A DNA stretch of 4,069 bases from Thermotogota bacterium. Its GTDB lineage: Bacteria > Bipolaricaulota > Bipolaricaulia > UBA7950 > UBA9294. Where the stretch lies: assembly GCA_039679545.1 (NCBI GenBank), contig JBDKUT010000010.1:1-4069 (forward strand), read 5' to 3'. A program made the translations under genes and the position numbers. The notes beneath the pieces were generated by a model. The model had not been told where the DNA came from. It saw nothing but the letters and a program-made list of their open reading frames with translations, and ran no database searches. Shown here piece by piece: positions 1 to 4,069 of this stretch (position 1 is the first letter of the stretch; each line of letters opens with the position of its first letter).

Positions 1-77
1 CTTTCCGTGAGGCCGCAGAGACGATTAAACCCGGTTCCCACCCCCGACACGGCGAGTGGCAGGCGGGAACCCACGGG
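1..77 (-). ncRNA. Candidate cis-regulatory structured RNA (ldcC-motif-like) ahead of an off-window gene
   Basis: Minus strand GGTTCCCGCC...GGTGGGAACC forms a 10-bp stem with one G-U pair (71-33), followed by GGGTTTAATCGTCTCTGCGGCCTCACGGAAAG. The resemblance to the ldcC motif is from memory, not from a search. Confidence 0.4.
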
Positions 78-141
78 CGGAAGGGAGGGGATGCGAGGCG
101 ACCTTTCAGAGCGACGGAGCGAGAGCGGAGGCCTGCCCGCA

Positions 142-1083
142 TCAGGTGGCGGCCGCGGCCTCGGACGGGCTCGTGACCTCGATGTCGAGTCCGAGGAGCT
201 TCGCGGTCAGCCGAACGTTCTGTCCACCCTTGCCGATGGCGAGGGACAACTCGTCATCCGGCACGAGGACCTTGGCCTTCCGGTTCTCCTTGTCCAGCTC
301 AACGGAGAGGACGGACGCCGGCTCGAGGCCGTTCTTGAGCAGCTGGACCGGATCCTCGCTCCACCGGACGAGGTCGATCTTCTCGCCCGACAATTCGCGC
401 GTCACAACGCGCACCCTGGCGCCGCCTGCTCCGACGCAGGTCCCTACGGGGTCGACGTTCCGGTCGAGCGACTCGACGGCCACCTTCGACCTTCGTCCCG
501 GCTCGCGAGCGATCGCTCGGATGACGAGGGTCCCCTCGTCGATCTCCGGAACCTCGAGCCGCATCAGCTCCGCGACGAACTCCTTTCGAGTTCGGGAAAG
601 GAGGATGCGCGGATCGCCCTGGGTCTGCTCGACGCTTACGAGGTAGCAGCGGAGGCGCTGGCCCGCGTGGTACCGCTCGCCCGGAATCCGCTCGGGTTCC
701 GGGAGAACCGCTTCGGCCTCGCCCAAGTTGACCCAGACGCTCTTCCCTTCAAACCGATGGATCGAGCCGCTGATGATCTCGCCGACGCGGGTCGCGTAGA
801 GGTTGTAGACGATCTCGCGCCGTCGCTGGACGATCTCCTGGCGGATGGTCTCTTCCGCCTTCTTGGTGGCGATGCGTCCGAACGTCGCGAGGTCGATGTG
901 CTCGCCGCGAATGAGGATGTCCCCGGAGCGCTGGTCGATCTCGACCTCGACCTCTTCCTCCAGGCCGTGCTCCTCCTGGTAGGCGGCCGCGAGGCCTTTG
1001 CGAATGGCCGCGTAGAGATCCTCTCGCGGGATCCCCTTCTCCTTGGCCATCTCTTCCAGCGCTTCTATGAACTCGATGTTCAT
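142..1083 (-). CDS. nusA: Transcription termination/antitermination factor NusA (short form: NTD-S1-KH1-KH2, no AR1/AR2 tail)
   Basis: The 313-aa ORF carries NusA hallmarks: EEMAKEKGI at the N-terminus, FGRIA, an S1 region (GEIISGSIHRF...NLGEAEAVLP..ERIPGERY..GQRLR), AREPGRRSKVAV, DPVGTCVGAGGARV, ELSGEKIDLVRWS and LSLAIGKGGQNVRLTAKL. A weak SD-like AGGA lies at 1097-1094. Confidence 0.97.
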   Translation of the reverse strand: MNIEFIEALEEMAKEKGIPREDLYAAIRKGLAAAYQEEHGLEEEVEVEIDQRSGDILIRGEHIDLATFGRIATKKAEETIRQEIVQRRREIVYNLYATRVGEIISGSIHRFEGKSVWVNLGEAEAVLPEPERIPGERYHAGQRLRCYLVSVEQTQGDPRILLSRTRKEFVAELMRLEVPEIDEGTLVIRAIAREPGRRSKVAVESLDRNVDPVGTCVGAGGARVRVVTRELSGEKIDLVRWSEDPVQLLKNGLEPASVLSVELDKENRKAKVLVPDDELSLAIGKGGQNVRLTAKLLGLDIEVTSPSEAAAAT

Positions 1084-1169
1084 CGTTCGTCCATCCTGTC
1101 GTACCCCTGAGACGCCGAGCGTCTTCGCCGCGGTGGACTTCCCGCCGCCGGCCTCTTACTCTCTCCCCT

Positions 1170-1203
1170 AACAAACAACGCGGTCGCACAAGTGGCGACC
1201 TGC
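1170..1203 (-). terminator. Attenuator/terminator-like hairpin in the nusA 5' leader
   Basis: The minus strand reads GCA-GGTCGC-CACTTGT-GCGACC-GC-GTTGTTTGTT: a 6-bp GC-rich stem (1200-1195 with 1187-1182) followed by a G-interrupted U tract. It lies between the nusA promoter and the start codon. Confidence 0.55.
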
Positions 1204-1232
1204 CGTCCGTCCCAGGTGGACGCGCTCTAGGC

Positions 1233-1261
1233 ATTATACGGGAGTCCACGTGAGCGAACAA
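1233..1261 (-). promoter_or_regulatory. Sigma70-type promoter for nusA
   Basis: Minus strand TTGTTC (1261-1256), a 17-nt spacer, then a perfect TATAAT (1238-1233), in an otherwise GC-rich sequence. Confidence 0.7.
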
Positions 1262-1277
1262 ACGAGTCCCCAACCCA

Positions 1278-2189
1278 ATGGAAGACATCATCCGGACCGT
1301 CGAACCTGAAGAGGAAGGCGAGCGCCTCGACCGGGCCCTCGTCGCCCTCGGGGGAGGTCTCGCCCGAACGGAGATCCAGCGCCAGATCCGCGCCGGTCGC
1401 GTTCTCGTCGATTCCATCGCCGTCGTCCAGCCGTCCCGGCGGCTTCGTGCCGGCGAGCAGATCATTTGGCACGTCGCCCCAAAGCAGGCTCTGGCCCCGC
1501 GGGAACTCGCGATTCCAATCCTGTACGAGGACAACGCGCTTCTCGTAGTCGACAAGCCGGCGGGCCTCGTCGTGCACCCCGGCGCCGGCACGACGGAGAC
1601 CACGCTCGTCGAAGCCCTCCTTGTCGGGCGCGACCTTCCCGCGTCGGACAACCCCGTCCGGCCCGGCATCGTTCATCGGCTCGACAAGGAGACAAGCGGC
1701 GTTCTTGTGGTCGCGAAGACGGCCGAGGCGCTCGCGTCCCTCCAGAGGCAGTTCGCGGCACGGACGGTCGAGAAGCTGTACTTGGCGCTCGTCGACGGCG
1801 TCATCGCCGAGGACGAGGGGAGGATCGACGCGCCGATCGGCCGAGACCCCGCGGCGCCGCGGCGCATGAGCATTCAGGCGGGAGGTCGCACGGCGCAGAC
1901 GGTCTTCCGGGTCCTGCGCCGCGAGCGCGGCCGATCGCTCCTCCTCGTGCGGCCGCTGACCGGAAGGACGCACCAGGTTCGCGTGCACTTCCGCTACATC
2001 GGACTCCCGGTCGTCGGAGATGAGATCTACGGAGGCCCCGCAGCGCCACGCTTGGGGTTGCACGCGTGGAGGCTTACGATTTGCCATCCCTCGTCGGGAG
2101 AGGCCATGACATTCGAAGCCCCGCCGCCCTGCGATTTTCCAGCGTACGACTACGAGGCGCTGCGCGCGAGCGACCTCGCGGCGACGTAG
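1278..2189 (+). CDS. rluD: RluA-family (RluD-like) 23S rRNA pseudouridine synthase with N-terminal S4 domain
   Basis: 303 aa. S4-like start (GERLDRAL...RTEIQRQIRAGRVLVD), ILYEDNALLVVDKPAGLVVHPG, catalytic GIVHRLDKETSG (Asp136), KLYLALVDG, TGRTHQVRVH, VGDEIYG and LHAWRL. The family is secure; rluD versus other RluA-family members is less so. Confidence 0.93.
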   Translation: MEDIIRTVEPEEEGERLDRALVALGGGLARTEIQRQIRAGRVLVDSIAVVQPSRRLRAGEQIIWHVAPKQALAPRELAIPILYEDNALLVVDKPAGLVVHPGAGTTETTLVEALLVGRDLPASDNPVRPGIVHRLDKETSGVLVVAKTAEALASLQRQFAARTVEKLYLALVDGVIAEDEGRIDAPIGRDPAAPRRMSIQAGGRTAQTVFRVLRRERGRSLLLVRPLTGRTHQVRVHFRYIGLPVVGDEIYGGPAAPRLGLHAWRLTICHPSSGEAMTFEAPPPCDFPAYDYEALRASDLAAT

Positions 2190-2662
2190 TAGTCGATCCC
2201 GGCGGCGTAGGTGAGCGCGGTCGCCGCATAGAAGAGCTCGATCCCCCCGGGCCATCCGGCCATCACAAACGCAAGCGCGATGAAGGCGGACGCCGACGCA
2301 ACCTTCCCAATGATTCTCGCGGCCTGGACGAGATTCCCGCGCATGCGAAGCACGAGGGCGCCGATTCCGATCCCGATTTGCGGGACGAGGAACAGAACGA
2401 CGGCCAGCGTCGGCAGAAGGCCGATCGCGTAGAGCGTGAACAGGACAGAGGCGTACATCGCCTTGTCGACGAGGGGATCGAGGACTTTGCCGAGGCGAGT
2501 CACCTCGTGCCGCGCCCGTGCGACGAGCCCATCAATCGGATCGGTCGCGCAAGCGGCCAGAAACACCCACCACGCTGCCCACCGCTCGCCCAGGACGAGG
2601 AGAACGACTACCGGAACGATGGCGAGGCCGCGCGTGATCGTGATTGCGTTCGCAAGGGACAT
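2150..2662 (-). CDS. CDP-alcohol phosphatidyltransferase family membrane protein (PgsA-like)
   Basis: 170 aa and hydrophobic, with ANAITITR at the N-terminus. The complete signature D-x2-DG-x2-AR-x8-G-x3-D-x3-D is present (DPIDGLVARARHEVTRLGKVLDPLVD, residues 41-66), with a later GK motif. Confidence 0.92.
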   Translation of the reverse strand: MSLANAITITRGLAIVPVVVLLVLGERWAAWWVFLAACATDPIDGLVARARHEVTRLGKVLDPLVDKAMYASVLFTLYAIGLLPTLAVVLFLVPQIGIGIGALVLRMRGNLVQAARIIGKVASASAFIALAFVMAGWPGGIELFYAATALTYAAGIDYYVAARSLARSAS

Positions 2663-2673
2663 GATCGCGAGGA

Positions 2674-2702
2674 ATCATAGATCGCTCTTCCTCGCTTCAC
2701 AA
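2674..2702 (-). promoter_or_regulatory. Sigma70-type promoter for the PgsA-like gene
   Basis: Minus strand TTGTGA (2702-2697), a 17-nt spacer, then TATGAT (2679-2674), ending 11 nt before the ATG at 2662. Confidence 0.6.
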
Positions 2703-2708
2703 CTACCC

Positions 2709-2738
2709 TTGAAGCTCTTTCGCCAAGCTCGGTATAAT
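2709..2738 (+). promoter_or_regulatory. Sigma70-type promoter for the ArcE-like gene
   Basis: TTGAAG (2709-2714), an 18-nt spacer, then a perfect TATAAT (2733-2738). Confidence 0.7.
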
Positions 2739-2772
2739 GCGGCCCTTCGAAGGTCCGCTGAGGATCCGGCAA

Positions 2773-2779
2773 GGGGAGG
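2773..2779 (+). promoter_or_regulatory. Shine-Dalgarno sequence
   Basis: GGGGAGG ends 7 nt upstream of the ATG at 2787. Confidence 0.85.
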
Positions 2780-2786
2780 CCTAGTC

Positions 2787-4069
2787 ATGAAACGACGCGT
2801 CATCATCATGGGAGCTGCCGGGCGCGACTTCCACAACTTCAACGTGTACTTCCGCGACAACGCGGACTACGAGGTCGTGGCGTTCACCGCAACGCAGATC
2901 CCGGATATCGAGGGGCGGACGTACCCGAAGGAGCTTGCGGGACGCCTCTATCCCGCGGGCATTCCAATCCACGCCGAGGACGAGCTCGCGCAGCTCATCG
3001 CGGAGCACAAGATCGACATCGTCGTGTTCAGCTACAGCGACGTGTCCAATCAGTACGTCATGGAGCGCTCCGCTCTCGTCAACGCCGCGGGCGCGGACTT
3101 CATGCTCCTCGGCCCCAAGTCGACCATGGTCCTCCCCAAGAAGCCCCTCATCTCGATCACGGCCGTGCGCACGGGGTCCGGCAAGAGCCAGACGACCCGC
3201 CGCGTCTGCGACATCCTGAAGGCCAAGGGGAAGAAGCTCGCCGTCATCCGCCACCCCATGCCGTACGGCGACCTTGTGAAGCAGGAAGTGCAGCGGTTTG
3301 AAACCTACGCCGACCTCGACAAGCACGAGTGCACGATCGAGGAGCGGGAGGAGTACGAACCTCACATCGACAACGGAACCATCGTCTACGCGGGCGTCGA
3401 CTACGAGAAGATCCTCCGAGCCGCGGAGAAGGAAGCCGACGTCGTCGTCTGGGACGGCGGGAACAACGACTTTTCGTTCTACAAGCCCGACCTGTCGATC
3501 GTTGTCGTCGACCCGCACCGCGCCGGCCACGAACTCCTCTACTACCCAAGCGCGGTCAACGTCCGGATGGCCGACGTCATCGTTATCAATAAGGTGGACA
3601 CCGCCGCCCTGGACGACATCCAGTTCCTACGCGACAACGTGACGCAGCTGAACCCTCACGCGATCGTGATCGAAGCTGCATCGCCGATCCAAGTGGACAA
3701 TCCGGCGCTGATCCGTGACAAGCGCGTGCTTGTCATCGAAGATGGCCCGACGCTCACACACGGCGGCATGGAGTACGGTGCCGGTGTCCTCGCGGCGCGC
3801 CGCTTCGGAGCGGCGGAGATCATCGATCCTCGCCCCTACACCGTCGACTCGATCTCGGCGACGTACCGCAAGTACCCGAAGATCGGGCACCTGCTCCCCG
3901 CGATGGGGTACGGCGAGAAGCAGATTCGCGACCTGCAGAAGACCGTCGACAAGGTCGAGTGCGACGCCGTCGTCATCGGCACACCGATTGACCTCGGACG
4001 CCTCTTGAAGTTCAAGGTCCCAGCGACGCGCGTGCGCTACGAGCTCCAGGAGATCGGACTTCCGAACCT
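2787..4069 (+). CDS. arcE: Cyclic 2,3-diphosphoglycerate synthetase-like P-loop NTPase; probable arginine synthetase (ArcE); 3'-truncated by the window
   Basis: Absent from the ORF track because it has no stop in the window. My translation gives 427 uninterrupted codons: MKRRVIIMGAAGRDFHNFNVYFRDNADYEVVAFTATQIPDIEGRTYPKELAGRLYPAGIPI..., P-loop AVRTGSGKSQT (from 3162), IRHPMPYGDL, TIEEREEYEPH, WDGGNNDF, INKVD, EDGPTLTHGGM, LPAMGYG, GTPIDL...RVRYELQEIG. It has a strong SD and promoter. The CDS is near certain; the arcE assignment rests on recalled family similarity (about 0.7). Confidence 0.88.
   Translation, partial: MKRRVIIMGAAGRDFHNFNVYFRDNADYEVVAFTATQIPDIEGRTYPKELAGRLYPAGIPIHAEDELAQLIAEHKIDIVVFSYSDVSNQYVMERSALVNAAGADFMLLGPKSTMVLPKKPLISITAVRTGSGKSQTTRRVCDILKAKGKKLAVIRHPMPYGDLVKQEVQRFETYADLDKHECTIEEREEYEPHIDNGTIVYAGVDYEKILRAAEKEADVVVWDGGNNDFSFYKPDLSIVVVDPHRAGHELLYYPSAVNVRMADVIVINKVDTAALDDIQFLRDNVTQLNPHAIVIEAASPIQVDNPALIRDKRVLVIEDGPTLTHGGMEYGAGVLAARRFGAAEIIDPRPYTVDSISATYRKYPKIGHLLPAMGYGEKQIRDLQKTVDKVECDAVVIGTPIDLGRLLKFKVPATRVRYELQEIGLPN

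Noticed and set aside
30..45. GGGGGTGGGAACCGGG (minus strand) as a T-box
   Set aside because: Does not fit UGGNACC spacing (one extra base), and no Stem I or specifier loop is visible upstream.
1080..1094. Four-codon uORF MDER* whose TGA overlaps the nusA ATG
   Set aside because: No convincing SD, no similarity to a rimP C-terminus, and easily arises by chance.
7..1110. 367-aa and 196-aa plus-strand ORFs (7-1110, 56-646)
   Set aside because: Antisense shadows of nusA with no recognisable motifs; expected from GC-rich codon bias.
749..2255. Long minus-strand ORFs 749-1669 and 1227-2255, and the small alternative-frame ORFs inside rluD
   Set aside because: Arg/Pro/Ala-rich shadow frames overlapping well-supported genes, with no family signal.
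2663..2786. ArgR ARG box upstream of the ArcE-like gene
   Set aside because: No AT-rich TGAAT...ATTCA-like dyad is present.
2066..2860. ORFs 2066-2680 (+) and 2675-2860 (-)
   Set aside because: Antisense to the CDP-alcohol transferase or to the arcE start and promoter region; no SD or motifs.
2781..4008. All track ORFs between 2781 and 4008
   Set aside because: Antisense or off-frame shadows of the real CDS starting at 2787, which the track omitted because it has no stop in the window.
2787..4069. Literal annotation as cyclic 2,3-diphosphoglycerate synthetase or a translational GTPase
   Set aside because: No 2-phosphoglycerate kinase partner is in view, and the GAAGRDFHNFN N-terminus fits my recollection of the ArcE-like subfamily better. 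Not formally excluded without a phylogeny.

Overview
GC-rich bacterial housekeeping/metabolic region with two divergent gene pairs. Minus strand: a compact nusA (142-1083) with no rimP directly upstream, and a PgsA-like CDP-alcohol phosphatidyltransferase (2150-2662). Plus strand: an RluD-like pseudouridine synthase (1278-2189) and a long ORF missing from the supplied track (2787 to beyond the window end). That ORF belongs to the cyclic-2,3-diphosphoglycerate-synthetase-like P-loop family and is most probably arginine synthetase ArcE. Three sigma70-type promoters are readable. The main points of interest are the probable ArcE gene, a structured leader-like RNA downstream of nusA that resembles the polyamine-associated ldcC RNA motif, an attenuator-like hairpin in the nusA leader, an internal deletion in the NusA N-terminal domain, and two inverted repeats over the divergent pgsA/arcE promoters. 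No mobile element, CRISPR array, tRNA or rRNA was seen.
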